Of a stretch of 64,000 nucleotides of DNA, positions 36,525 to 46,033 are shown one piece after another. Under the pieces are notes generated by a model. That model saw only the letters and a program-made list of their open reading frames with translations. It was not told the DNA's origin and made no database searches. Every line of letters begins with the position of its first letter. The first letter of the stretch is position 1. Made by a program: the position numbers and the translations under genes. Source of the DNA: Acidimicrobiia bacterium (GTDB lineage Bacteria > Actinomycetota > Acidimicrobiia > Acidimicrobiales > Bin134); NCBI GenBank assembly GCA_022819825.1, contig JAJEGM010000020.1:6053-70052 (forward strand), given 5' to 3'.

Positions 36525-37979
36525 TCAGCCGGATTCCTCGATTGTCACTGAGTTGACGAACACCGGAGGCTCAGGGCCCCCACCCAGGGGATTGTCGGGC
36601 TGGTCCACGTGGCTGGCCAGAATAGCCTCAGCCACCGCCAGGCTCGCATCATCCATCTGCCCGAACACCACGTAGGTGCCCTGGCTGTTGAGGAGGGCGG
36701 CGTTCTCGTTGACCGCGAAGAAGAACTGGGCGCTGGCGCTATCGGGCGCCGCGGTGCGGGCCATCACCAGCTGGCCCGGCTCATAGGTGAACCCCGAGCC
36801 CTCATCGGGAATGGTGTATCCCGGCCCGGGATCAGAAGGAGAATTCGTGTGCGGTGCCCCACCCTGGATAATGCCGATGCTCGGATCGGTGCGGAACAAC
36901 AGCGTGTCGTCGTAATAGTGATGCCAGGCCAACACCGCGAAGTTGTTGGCCGTGACCGGCGTGTTCACTGTGTCGAGGGCGATCCGCAGCTCCCCCGCCG
37001 TGGTGTCGAACACCGCTGTGTACTGCTTGGCGAAGTCCAAGCACAGGGGATGGGGGCCGTCGAAGTACAGCACCGTGGGGCCGGATCCGTCATCAGGCGG
37101 GCACGCGCCCGACCCAAAAGTCGTGGTGGGAGAGGGATCCGGGATATCGAACCCCGAGCCGCCCATCGCCTCCAATTCCTCGGGAGTCAAGCACCGGTTC
37201 TGGAGCGCAAAGAGCTCTCCCATCATCTCCAAGGCTTCTTCCTCATCAGGTTCTTGGCCTGAGAGCATTATGTCGAGCACCTCATCGGGAATACCGTCGG
37301 CGATGCACCGGGCGCTCTGTTCAGAAAGTCCGTCTTCGGCAACGAACAGGTTGAACAACATCTCACGGGCATCGACACAGCTTTGGAATGCCTCTTGCAC
37401 CTCGGCTTCGCTCAGTCCGAAGTCATCCTCTAGTTCAGTGATCAGAGCGCTCATCGCCACAGCCCTGATTCCCTCACTCGAGATTTCGGAGGCTATGCAG
37501 TTCGCTTGCTCCGGAGGGACACCATCCGCAGTGATCGCCGCCGCCATAAAGGCCCGCCAGTCGAGGCACTCGAGAGCAACATCCACAGTCGTGGCCGCCT
37601 CGTCATCGCTGATCCCGAAATGGTCGGCTAGCGAGAATGAGCCACCGCTCTCATACGCCGCAGCGACCGATGCCCCGTTCAGCCCCAACGTACCGAGCCG
37701 CTCATCGGAGAAGACGGCGGCTAGGCCGTCGGCCAAACAACGAACCTGATCTTCATCTATGACGCTTGGACGCTCGTCGTCTTGCAACAGCGCCGTGACC
37801 ACGGAGTCAGATAGCTCCTGCTGGGCGGTACTGAGCCCCTGTGAAGCCATTGTCGGCGCCGCAGTGGGAGGCTCGGTGGCGGCGACCGGCGGAGCGCTGT
37901 CCTCGCTATCACTCGAGCAGGCGGCGGCGAACAGACACAGCGCCACCACGGGAATCATTAGCTTCAACAAGCGCATCAC
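36525..37979 (-). CDS. Lipoprotein: Cys-repeat region fused to a C-terminal cyclophilin-type PPIase
   Basis: Lipobox FAAAC; P.TANNF, IQGG, MAR...SA.AQFF and YVVFG cyclophilin motifs. Confidence 0.85.
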   Translation of the reverse strand: MMRLLKLMIPVVALCLFAAACSSDSEDSAPPVAATEPPTAAPTMASQGLSTAQQELSDSVVTALLQDDERPSVIDEDQVRCLADGLAAVFSDERLGTLGLNGASVAAAYESGGSFSLADHFGISDDEAATTVDVALECLDWRAFMAAAITADGVPPEQANCIASEISSEGIRAVAMSALITELEDDFGLSEAEVQEAFQSCVDAREMLFNLFVAEDGLSEQSARCIADGIPDEVLDIMLSGQEPDEEEALEMMGELFALQNRCLTPEELEAMGGSGFDIPDPSPTTTFGSGACPPDDGSGPTVLYFDGPHPLCLDFAKQYTAVFDTTAGELRIALDTVNTPVTANNFAVLAWHHYYDDTLLFRTDPSIGIIQGGAPHTNSPSDPGPGYTIPDEGSGFTYEPGQLVMARTAAPDSASAQFFFAVNENAALLNSQGTYVVFGQMDDASLAVAEAILASHVDQPDNPLGGGPEPPVFVNSVTIEESG

Positions 37980-38076
37980 GGCGCTCTCCTTCCTGTCGGA
38001 CAGCCCTCGATGGCCATCACCGGATGGTCAATGCCCGAGCGTTGCCGCTGCCCCGTCCTTCTACGACGCCCGGAGG

Positions 38077-38101
38077 TCGCAGAGGGTTCCCCCTACTGCG
38101 A
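38077..38101 (-). terminator. Hairpin downstream of the racemase gene, possible terminator
   Basis: tcgcag-aggg-ttcc-ccct-a-ctgcga, about 20 nt past the stop at 38120; no U-tract. Confidence 0.4.
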
Positions 38102-38119
38102 TCGTTAGAATCTCGACCC

Positions 38120-39259
38120 TCAAGCTACCGCCCCCATAGCCCGGAGCGTGGCCACCTCCCCGGTGGAATACCCCAACTCGGCCAGCACAGCATCAGTGTC
38201 GGCGCCTGCCGGTTGCGACGCTGTGGCGGGCTCGGAGGGCGTGCCCTCGAATCGGGGGGCGGGGCGGGGCTGGTTGACGCCGTCGAACTGGAAGAACACA
38301 TCGCGGGCCATGGCGTGGGGATGGGCCGGGGTCTGGCCCATGGTCAGCACCGGGGTAACGCAGGCGTCGGTGCCGTCGAACACGGCCATCCACTCTTCCA
38401 GGGTGCGGGTGGCGATGATTTTCCCCACTCGCTGCTTCATCTCCGGCCACCGGTCCCGGTCCATCTGGTTGGGAAGGTCGTCGGCGTCGGCCAGGCCGAT
38501 CCCGGCCATGAACTCGGCATGGAACTGGGGCTCGATGGCCCCCACCGCCAACCATTTCCCGTCGGCGGTGCCATAAACCTCGTAGAAGTAGGCCCCGGAG
38601 TCCAGGAAATTTGCCCCGTATTCGTCGGTCCAGAACCCGCTGGCGTGGGCTGCGTACAGGGGTGACAGCAAGTAGGCGGCGCCGTCCACCATGGCGGCAT
38701 CGACAACCTGGCCGTCGCCGCCCCGAGCCACCTCCAGCAATGCGGCCACCATGCCCAGCGCCAGGAACACCGAGCCGCCTCCGAAGTCGCCGATGAGGTT
38801 GAGCGGAACCGATGGGGGCTGTCCTGTCCGTCCGATGTGGGCCAGCGGGCCAGCCAGGGAGATGTAGTTGATGTCGTGGCCAGCCCTATCGGCCATCGGA
38901 CCTGATTGCCCCCAACCGGTCATCCGTCCATAGACCAGCTTGGGATTGCGGGCCAGACACGCATCGGGGCCTACGCCGAGGCGCTCGGCCACACCGGCCC
39001 GGAAGCCTTCGAAAAGCCCGTCGGACGACTCGACCAAACGGAGGACCGCCTCCACTCCCTCAGGCTGCTTCAGGTTGAAAGCCACGGTGCGTTTGCCCCG
39101 CTCCATGGGACCCGACTGCGAGGCCACAGGGTTGCCCGAGCCGCCCACCCGGTCAACCCGGATGACCTCGGCGCCCATGTCCGACAGCATCATGCCGGCA
39201 AACGGGGTCGGCCCGATACCGGCCAGTTCGATGATGCGCATTCCCTTTAGCGGACCCAT
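38120..39259 (-). CDS. mcr: Alpha-methylacyl-CoA racemase (CaiB/BaiF family)
   Basis: ELAGIGP.P, RMTGWGQ, AGHDINY and NLIGDFGGG motifs. Confidence 0.85.
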   Translation of the reverse strand: MGPLKGMRIIELAGIGPTPFAGMMLSDMGAEVIRVDRVGGSGNPVASQSGPMERGKRTVAFNLKQPEGVEAVLRLVESSDGLFEGFRAGVAERLGVGPDACLARNPKLVYGRMTGWGQSGPMADRAGHDINYISLAGPLAHIGRTGQPPSVPLNLIGDFGGGSVFLALGMVAALLEVARGGDGQVVDAAMVDGAAYLLSPLYAAHASGFWTDEYGANFLDSGAYFYEVYGTADGKWLAVGAIEPQFHAEFMAGIGLADADDLPNQMDRDRWPEMKQRVGKIIATRTLEEWMAVFDGTDACVTPVLTMGQTPAHPHAMARDVFFQFDGVNQPRPAPRFEGTPSEPATASQPAGADTDAVLAELGYSTGEVATLRAMGAVA

Positions 39260-39309
39260 GGCCCTACGGTATGCCTGCGAGCCGGAGCGACCGAAAGGCA
39301 GAGACCCAG

Positions 39310-40128
39310 ATGAGCGCCAATGATCGAAAGACCGCCTTGGTCACCGGGGCCAGCCGGGGAATCGGAAAGGGCAGCGCCATCGCGTTGGCTCGGGCCGGCT
39401 TTGACGTGGCTGTGTCGGCCCGAACCCTGGTGGACGGTGCAGGACGGGACATGTACGACCCCAACCTCACCATTCCCGGCGGACTCGACACCACCGTGGC
39501 CGCCATCGAAGCCGAGGGCCAGCAAGGAGTTGCGTTCACCATGGACTTGTTGGACCGAGAAAGCATCACGGCATGCATCGATGGGGCGCTGGAGCACTTC
39601 GGCCATCTCGATGTGCTGGTGAACAACGCCATCTACCAGGGCAAAGTGAGCATGACCCCGTTCCTGGACCTGGAAGAGCCCGAGGTTCACAAGCTGTTCG
39701 AGGGAAACGTGTTCGCCCAGATGGCGATCACTGAGCGGGTGCTGGCCGCGATGGTGGAGCAGGGCTCTGGAACCATCGTGAACATGATCTCCGCCTCGGC
39801 CTACACCGACCCGCCCGGCCCCATCGGCAAAGGCGGCTGGGGCATGGCCTACGCCATGAGCAAGGGTGCGTTCACCCGCATGACCCCGCACATCCACGTG
39901 GAGCACGGCCCCGACGGCATCCGGTGCTTCAGCATCGACCCCGGTTATGTGATCACCGAAGCCGCCCGGGCCCGCAACACCGCGGGATCGTTCCCGTACC
40001 CCGGCGGAGAGCCGGCCACTATCGGCGCAGTGGTGGCCTGGCTGGCTACGTCCCCCGACGCCGACGAGCACTTAGGCGGCATCGTGTACGCCCAAAGCGA
40101 GTTCAAAAAGCGAGGCCTGTCGGCGTGA
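39310..40128 (+). CDS. SDR oxidoreductase
   Basis: TGASRGIG, VNNA and YAMSK motifs. Confidence 0.88.
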   Translation: MSANDRKTALVTGASRGIGKGSAIALARAGFDVAVSARTLVDGAGRDMYDPNLTIPGGLDTTVAAIEAEGQQGVAFTMDLLDRESITACIDGALEHFGHLDVLVNNAIYQGKVSMTPFLDLEEPEVHKLFEGNVFAQMAITERVLAAMVEQGSGTIVNMISASAYTDPPGPIGKGGWGMAYAMSKGAFTRMTPHIHVEHGPDGIRCFSIDPGYVITEAARARNTAGSFPYPGGEPATIGAVVAWLATSPDADEHLGGIVYAQSEFKKRGLSA

Positions 40129-41081
40129 GAGCGGTACGCCACACGCCCGAGGGCATCCGCCCGGTGGAGGTGCCGGTGCCCACCAAGGTGGCGGTGGGCG
40201 GCGCCGAGGGAGTGCGGATCCGGCCTCGCTCGGTGGGCATCTGCCAGACCGACCTGAACATGGTGGGCTTCGGACCAAGGGAGATGACCTACGGCCACGA
40301 GTTCGCCGGGGTGCTGGACGACGGAACCCCGGTGGCGATTGAGCCGATGGTGCCCTGCGGCGTCTGCGAGTTCTGCGGAATGGGCGACTACCACTGGTGC
40401 GAGAAGTCGCACGAGATGATCGCCGGAGTGGCCTTCGACGGCGGCATGGCCGACGAGATCCTGCTTCCCGAGCGGTGCCTGGTGCGCCTGCCCCACGGGT
40501 TGGACGTGGCCAACGCCTGCTTGTGCGAGCCGCTGGCAGTGAACATCCACAGCCTGATGCTGGGGCGGTTGGAGAGCCGCCACCGGGTGGCTGTCGTGGG
40601 CCCTGGCATCACCGGATTCGGCTTGTTGGGCGGGGCCGCCGCCCGCTGGCGGGGCTGTGTGGTGGATGTAGAGCCGGACCACGACTTGCACGCCGAAGCC
40701 GCCGAGCATATGGGCCTGGGGGTGGGGTTGTCGGGCACCTACGACGTGGTCATCGAAGGCGACGGATCGGAGCGCTCCATCACCCGTTCTGCCGAGGTGG
40801 CCCGCCCGGGAGGAACGGTGCTGCTGGTGGCCGGCTACTACCAGAACAAACTGTTCGAGGTGCTGCCCTGGGTGCTCAAGGAGCTGACCGCGGTGTGGGG
40901 AACGTTCTACGGCCACCACGGCGCGGGCCGGGCCTTCGACTCCGCCGCCGCGCTGCTGGCCCACCGCCCTGAGATCGCCGAGGCCATGATCACGCAACGC
41001 TTCCCCCTCGACGCCGCCGGCGAGGCCTTCGCCCTGGCGGCCAGCGACACCCCCACCCTCAAGGTGGTTGTGGAGCCTTGA
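40125..41081 (+). CDS. Zinc-dependent alcohol dehydrogenase (MDR)
   Basis: GICQTD, GHE and CGVCEFC...C motifs. Confidence 0.88.
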   Translation: MRAVRHTPEGIRPVEVPVPTKVAVGGAEGVRIRPRSVGICQTDLNMVGFGPREMTYGHEFAGVLDDGTPVAIEPMVPCGVCEFCGMGDYHWCEKSHEMIAGVAFDGGMADEILLPERCLVRLPHGLDVANACLCEPLAVNIHSLMLGRLESRHRVAVVGPGITGFGLLGGAAARWRGCVVDVEPDHDLHAEAAEHMGLGVGLSGTYDVVIEGDGSERSITRSAEVARPGGTVLLVAGYYQNKLFEVLPWVLKELTAVWGTFYGHHGAGRAFDSAAALLAHRPEIAEAMITQRFPLDAAGEAFALAASDTPTLKVVVEP

Positions 41082-41087
41082 TTGGGA

Positions 41088-41834
41088 TCAGGCCAGAAAA
41101 GAGGCCCGCAAGCGCTCGATGGTTTGGGGCTTGACTCCAAACTCGAGGGCGTAACCCTCAAGACCGCCCCACCGGTCGTCGACGATGTCCAATAGCTCGG
41201 TGATGGCGCTGATGGGGGCATTGGTTATGTCGTCGGGCAGCTTCGCCCACACTTTGGCCATTTCGGGCAACTCGGCCAAGGACCGTTCTCGGATTGCTGG
41301 CACCGCGGGAGCGGTAGCCGCGTAGTCGCCCACTATGTCTTGGCGACTTACCCCGGCCAATCCCAGAATCATCGCAGCCAGACAGCCAGTCCGGTCCTTG
41401 CCTGCCATGCAGAAAAATGCAGTCGGCCAAAGGTCGGGATCGGCCACCACTTCGATTGCTGCGGCGAACCGCTCTCCCCCGCTGCTGATCATGTTCTCGT
41501 AGAGCTGGCCAAATGAGCGGTTCGCCATGTCGGGATCGGGGCGCTCATAGGTGTGCATGGTCCGGTCGGTGGTTCCCACGTGGCGCTCGACGATGCCCAG
41601 GGTCGGATTGAGCACCCCAACCCGCTCCCGCTCGTCGTTTGCCCGCAAGTCCACGGCGGTGCGGACACCCAACCGGCCTGCTATAACCTCGGCGTCCGCC
41701 GGGCTTAGGCGGTGCAGTGAGTCAGCCCGGAACAGGACTCCCCACTTGGTGGTGCCGCCCAATGAGCTGGCGTAGCCGCCCAGGTCTCGGAAGTTCACGC
41801 ACCCTTCCAGAGGGATGCGCCGCTGATGGTTCAT
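41088..41834 (-). CDS. Tyrosine/lipid phosphatase (PtpB-like)
   Basis: NFRDLGGY, DLR and CMAGKDRTG (CX5R) motifs. Confidence 0.88.
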   Translation of the reverse strand: MNHQRRIPLEGCVNFRDLGGYASSLGGTTKWGVLFRADSLHRLSPADAEVIAGRLGVRTAVDLRANDERERVGVLNPTLGIVERHVGTTDRTMHTYERPDPDMANRSFGQLYENMISSGGERFAAAIEVVADPDLWPTAFFCMAGKDRTGCLAAMILGLAGVSRQDIVGDYAATAPAVPAIRERSLAELPEMAKVWAKLPDDITNAPISAITELLDIVDDRWGGLEGYALEFGVKPQTIERLRASFLA

Positions 41835-41893
41835 TGCTCCAATTTCCCGTCTTCCCTCCGGCCCGCAATCTAGGACACCACTAGCGTGAGGGC

Positions 41894-42232
41894 GTGGTCG
41901 GGAAGATTCACGTCTTGGACGAGCTGACCGTCGAGCCCGGACGGCTAGACGAGGTGCGTCGGTTGATGACCGAGGGCTACATGGCGGGGGCCAAAGCGCG
42001 GGGCATGACGTTGGAGCAAACTTGGCTGACCCCGCCAATTGAGCTGTTCGACCAGCCCAACACACTGGTGTACTTGTGGTCGGTGCCTGATGCGGCGGCG
42101 TGGTGGGCGATGCGGGGCGCCGCCGGGCGAGACCCAGGTGTCAGCGAATTCTGGGCCGAAGTCGACGCCCTCTGCGTGGAGCGACAACGACGGTTTCTGG
42201 TGGACGATCAGATTGGCGAGGAGGAAGAGTGA
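41894..42232 (+). CDS. NIPSNAP-like dimeric alpha-beta barrel protein
   Basis: 112 aa; A.ARGM.L...W..PP and W.......WW.MR pattern; TAGCGT -10. Confidence 0.6.
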   Translation: MVGKIHVLDELTVEPGRLDEVRRLMTEGYMAGAKARGMTLEQTWLTPPIELFDQPNTLVYLWSVPDAAAWWAMRGAAGRDPGVSEFWAEVDALCVERQRRFLVDDQIGEEEE

Positions 42233-42810
42233 GCCGAACGCTGGCACTGGTGACCCTGCTCGAAGGCGCCGATCCTTCTCGGGTGGCCGAATTGGAATCG
42301 GCGGCGGTGCTGGGCAAACACCTGCCGGGCACGGTGGGCGGCGGCCACTACACCTGGGACGGAATCGACGATCCGGTCCCGCCCGGCTTTGAGGACGTGG
42401 CCGATGTCGATTTGGTCGAGCTGGAACTCATCGACGGTTCGCTGGCCGATCCCGATTTCGCCGGGGAGATCAAGCGCACCCTCCTGCTTCGGGTCGAGCC
42501 CGACGCCCCGGCCGATTCGGTGGCTGCATTCGAACGGGACCTCATGGCCATGCCCGACCACATCCCGGCCATCGTGAACTGGACCCTCAGCCGAGTTGTC
42601 GGCCCATCGGGCACCCGGTGGACCCACAGCTGGGAGCAGGAGTACTGCACCCTTGACGGGCTCAAGGTGGACTACATGATGAGCCCCCACCACTGGGGCC
42701 TCATCGACGGGTGGTTCGATCCCGAGATGCCCCGGCAGATCGTGGACCTCGAGCTGGCCCACGTCTATCACCCCACCGACCGCTCTGTTCTGGCCGCTGC
42801 TCTCGGTTAG
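42229..42810 (+). CDS. Dabb-like stress-responsive barrel protein
   Basis: MP.HIP.I.NW.LSR, WEQE and YM..PHH pattern; GTGA overlap. Confidence 0.65.
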   Translation: MSRTLALVTLLEGADPSRVAELESAAVLGKHLPGTVGGGHYTWDGIDDPVPPGFEDVADVDLVELELIDGSLADPDFAGEIKRTLLLRVEPDAPADSVAAFERDLMAMPDHIPAIVNWTLSRVVGPSGTRWTHSWEQEYCTLDGLKVDYMMSPHHWGLIDGWFDPEMPRQIVDLELAHVYHPTDRSVLAAALG

Positions 42811-43589
42811 GGGTGCTGGGAGCTGACCGAGACGATCTCACCGGTCATATACGTCGAATAGTCGCTGGCCAGAAACACCATCACGTTGGCCACTTCCCAC
42901 GGCTCGGCGGCCCGGTCGAACGCTTCCAGCGAAATCAAGCTGTCGAGGAATTCCTGGCTGGATGTCTTGGCCAAGAACGGGTGCATGGCCAGGCTGGGCG
43001 CCACACAGTTGACCCTGACCCCGGTCTCGGCTGCTTCAATGGCCGCGCAGCGGGTAAGGGCCATCACCCCGGCTTTGGCCGCGGCGTAGTGGCTCTGGCC
43101 GGCTTGGGCTCGCCAACCCATCACCGAGGCGTTGTTGACGATGACCCCCGAGGCCCGGGGCATCATGTGGCGCAGCGCCGCTCGGGTGGTTCGCATGGTG
43201 CCGTTGAGGGTGACATCGATCACCACCTGCCACTGATCGTCGGTCATGTCCACCAGATTGGCGGTGCCCCCCAAACCAGCGTTGTTGATCATCACGTCCA
43301 CATGGCCCAGCTCGGCCACCGCGGCATCGATCAATGCTTGGACTTCCTCTTCGGCCGTCACATTGCACAGCTGTGTGGCGGGCCGAACACCGAACTCCTC
43401 GGCCAAGCGGTCGGCGGCTTCATCCAAGCGGCGCTCGTGGATATCGCTGATGAGCACCTGGGCGCCCTCGGCGATGCACCGCCGAGCGGCGGCGAAGCCC
43501 AAGCCGGTGCCGGCCGCCGCGGTTACCACTACGGTCTTGCCCTCCAGCAGCCCTCGGCCCGGCGGCTCGGCGGGCACTTCCCGGCTCAC
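42807..43589 (-). CDS. ipdF: IpdF-like SDR (HIP-CoA pathway oxidoreductase)
   Basis: Distinctive VTAAAGTGLG; C-terminal MTGEIVSVSSQHP. Confidence 0.8.
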   Translation of the reverse strand: MSREVPAEPPGRGLLEGKTVVVTAAAGTGLGFAAARRCIAEGAQVLISDIHERRLDEAADRLAEEFGVRPATQLCNVTAEEEVQALIDAAVAELGHVDVMINNAGLGGTANLVDMTDDQWQVVIDVTLNGTMRTTRAALRHMMPRASGVIVNNASVMGWRAQAGQSHYAAAKAGVMALTRCAAIEAAETGVRVNCVAPSLAMHPFLAKTSSQEFLDSLISLEAFDRAAEPWEVANVMVFLASDYSTYMTGEIVSVSSQHP

Positions 43590-44479
43590 GGCGACACCGG
43601 GACCGGCGGCAGATCCTTCATGGCCTCGGCCAAATCGGCGATGGTCCAATCCCGCTCTGTATCAAGGAAGTCTTGGCGCAACCACGGGGTGTACCAGCGG
43701 ACGTCGCCGCCTTTGGCCATGAACACTCGGCCGGTCACCTCGCAATCGGCGGCGGCCAGCCACCCCACCACCGGCGCAGGGTGGAAGGGGTGGTACACGT
43801 CGAACCCCTCGGCGGGCTTGGCCACCATCTCGGCCACTCCCGGCGCCCCCTCGGTCATGCGGGTGCGGCCCGCGGGGGTGACGCAGTTCACCCGCACGCC
43901 GTAGCGGCCCAGCTCCTGGGCGATGATCACCGTCATGCCGGCAATGGCGCTCTTGGCCGCGCCGTAGTTGGACTGGCCCACCTGGCCGATCAACCCCGAA
44001 GTGGAGCTGATGTTGATCACCGAGGCGTTCACTGCCTCTCCGGCCTTGGCCTGATCGCGCCACCAGCCGGCGCACACCCGGGTCATGCAGAAGGTGGACT
44101 TGAGGTGGCCGCGGATCACCGAGTCCCAGTCGTCCTCGCTCATGCTGGCAAACATCTTGTCCCGCAGGATGCCGGCGTTGTTCACCACCACGTCCACTCC
44201 GCCGAAGGCGTCCAGCGTCTGGGCCAGCACCGATTCGGCGCCAGCCATCTCAGCCACGTCGTCGCTGTTGGCTACTGCTGTGCCTCCCGCGGCGGTGATC
44301 TCATCCACCACCGCCTGAGCCACTGACTGGTCGGCACCGGTGCCGTCGGCGGCGCAACCCAAGTCGTTGACCACCACCCTGGCACCCTCGGCGGCGAACA
44401 GCAGGGCGTAGTGACGACCGATGCCCCGCCCGGCGCCGGTGATGACGGCGATCCGCCCCTCGAGCGCGCCGCCGGACAT
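43586..44479 (-). CDS. SDR oxidoreductase
   Basis: TGAGRGIG, VVVNDLG, NNAGILRD and NYGAAK motifs. Confidence 0.9.
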   Translation of the reverse strand: MSGGALEGRIAVITGAGRGIGRHYALLFAAEGARVVVNDLGCAADGTGADQSVAQAVVDEITAAGGTAVANSDDVAEMAGAESVLAQTLDAFGGVDVVVNNAGILRDKMFASMSEDDWDSVIRGHLKSTFCMTRVCAGWWRDQAKAGEAVNASVINISSTSGLIGQVGQSNYGAAKSAIAGMTVIIAQELGRYGVRVNCVTPAGRTRMTEGAPGVAEMVAKPAEGFDVYHPFHPAPVVGWLAAADCEVTGRVFMAKGGDVRWYTPWLRQDFLDTERDWTIADLAEAMKDLPPVPVSP

Positions 44480-45381
44480 CAGCTGCCCTGAGCGGCCTGG
44501 CGCTGGGCGGCCTGCGCGGCCAGCAAGGCCATGGTGGGGTGCTCTTCGAAGCCGATGGTGCGGGGCAGCGACTCCTCGATCCCCTCGGGGGTCCAACTGC
44601 TGTCGGGGGCATACATGGAGCGAAGTTCGCCGAATTGGGCCCACACAGAGATGCGGGGACCGACCACGGTGTACACCTGAGCTGTGATGTCCCGAGCAGC
44701 ATCGCTGAGCAGGTACACGGCCAACGGCGCCACGTCTTCGGGCTCGCCGGCCTCGATCTCAAAAGGCACGTTCTCCGACATACGGGTCTTGGCGCTGGGA
44801 GCGATGCAGTTGGCGTTGATCCCGTAGCGCTTCAGAGCCAGCGCCGCGCTCTTGGTGAGCGAGATGATGCCGCCCTTGGCCGACGCGTAGTTGCACTGGG
44901 AGGTCGAGCCGGTGAACGCCCCCGAGGTGATTCCCACTAGCGACCCGCCGGTTTCCTGCTTGCGCATGATGGCCGAGGCGTGCTTGTACACCGTGAAGTG
45001 GCCTTTGAGGTGTACTCGGATCACATCGTCGAACTCTTCTTCGGTCATGTTGAAGATCATCCGCTCCCGCAGGATGCCAGCCACGCACACCGCGCCGTCG
45101 ATGGACCCCCAGGTATCCACCGCAGCCTGGACCGCGGCCGCGCCGCCCTCCATGGTGCTGATGTCGGAGGCCAAGGCCAGGGCGGTACCGCCCGCCGCCT
45201 CAATCTCGGCCACCACCGCATCGGCCACCTCCGACGACGGGTCCGAGCCGTCCAGCGACACGCCGTAGTCGGCCACCACCACATTGGCGCCGGCGGCAGC
45301 ACAGCCTATGGCGATGGCCCGGCCGATGCCGTTGCCCGCTCCGGTGACGACGATGTTTTTGCCTTCGAGATATCCAGTCAC
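44479..45381 (-). CDS. SDR oxidoreductase
   Basis: TGAGNGIG, AGILR and NYASAK motifs. Confidence 0.9.
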   Translation of the reverse strand: MTGYLEGKNIVVTGAGNGIGRAIAIGCAAAGANVVVADYGVSLDGSDPSSEVADAVVAEIEAAGGTALALASDISTMEGGAAAVQAAVDTWGSIDGAVCVAGILRERMIFNMTEEEFDDVIRVHLKGHFTVYKHASAIMRKQETGGSLVGITSGAFTGSTSQCNYASAKGGIISLTKSAALALKRYGINANCIAPSAKTRMSENVPFEIEAGEPEDVAPLAVYLLSDAARDITAQVYTVVGPRISVWAQFGELRSMYAPDSSWTPEGIEESLPRTIGFEEHPTMALLAAQAAQRQAAQGS

Positions 45382-45392
45382 GGGGGGAAACC

Positions 45393-46013
45393 CTATCTTT
45401 CGGCTTCGGCCAATAGAAGGTTGAAGTGCTTGGTCAGAGTTTCTGGGGGAATACGACCGCTTCCCCTAGACGCCAACGTTCCGTCACCGAATACCAAGAC
45501 CCAAAACGGTGTGCCTGCCTGCCCGAGGGCGGCGGCAATCTCGTTGTCGGCACTGTCCACCAGAACGGGGAACGGCCAATCTTCATCGGCCAGCCATTGG
45601 CTGGGCGGGTAATTGTCCCTGCTGGAGTCCACCAGGGTGACCACGCTGATCAGGTCCACCCCATCGGGAAGTTCGTTTCCTGCAGCAAGCCAGCCGGTGA
45701 ACTCAGCCACTTCTCCCTGACAAGCCGGGCACCAGTGAGCCAGGAACAAAAGGACTGCTGGACGCTCACCCGGAGTCCAGGAAAACGGCGTGCCGTCGAT
45801 GGCTGTACCCGAGAGCCCAGGCACTGGACGACCGATTGCCGGATCAGAAGCTGGAGAATCTCCTGCCGGCCCTAGAGACTGTCCGACGATCTGCACCGGG
45901 GCAACCTCGACCGCCCCCGGGGCAGCATCGTCGTCGCCGCCGCAGGCAGCCGCCAAAAAGAGAACAGCGGTGACCAGTGCCGCGATGCGGCGGACATTGC
46001 GTTTGGACTTCAT
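45393..46013 (-). CDS. TlpA/ResA-like thioredoxin-fold lipoprotein
   Basis: Lipobox LAAAC; AHWCPAC; GTP; TAGCCT 6 nt before ATG 46013. Confidence 0.85.
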   Translation of the reverse strand: MKSKRNVRRIAALVTAVLFLAAACGGDDDAAPGAVEVAPVQIVGQSLGPAGDSPASDPAIGRPVPGLSGTAIDGTPFSWTPGERPAVLLFLAHWCPACQGEVAEFTGWLAAGNELPDGVDLISVVTLVDSSRDNYPPSQWLADEDWPFPVLVDSADNEIAAALGQAGTPFWVLVFGDGTLASRGSGRIPPETLTKHFNLLLAEAER

Positions 46014-46033
46014 GGACACAGGCTACGGGCTGG

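Noticed and set aside
37980-38115. Riboswitch in the structured leader of the cyclophilin lipoprotein
   Set aside because: Hairpins are present but I could not match a known consensus; the main one fits a terminator of the upstream gene. An Rfam/Infernal scan would decide.
25839-41834. PtpA-like and PtpB-like phosphatases as host-manipulating effectors
   Set aside because: Both families are widespread in free-living bacteria, and no secretion signal or supporting context is visible
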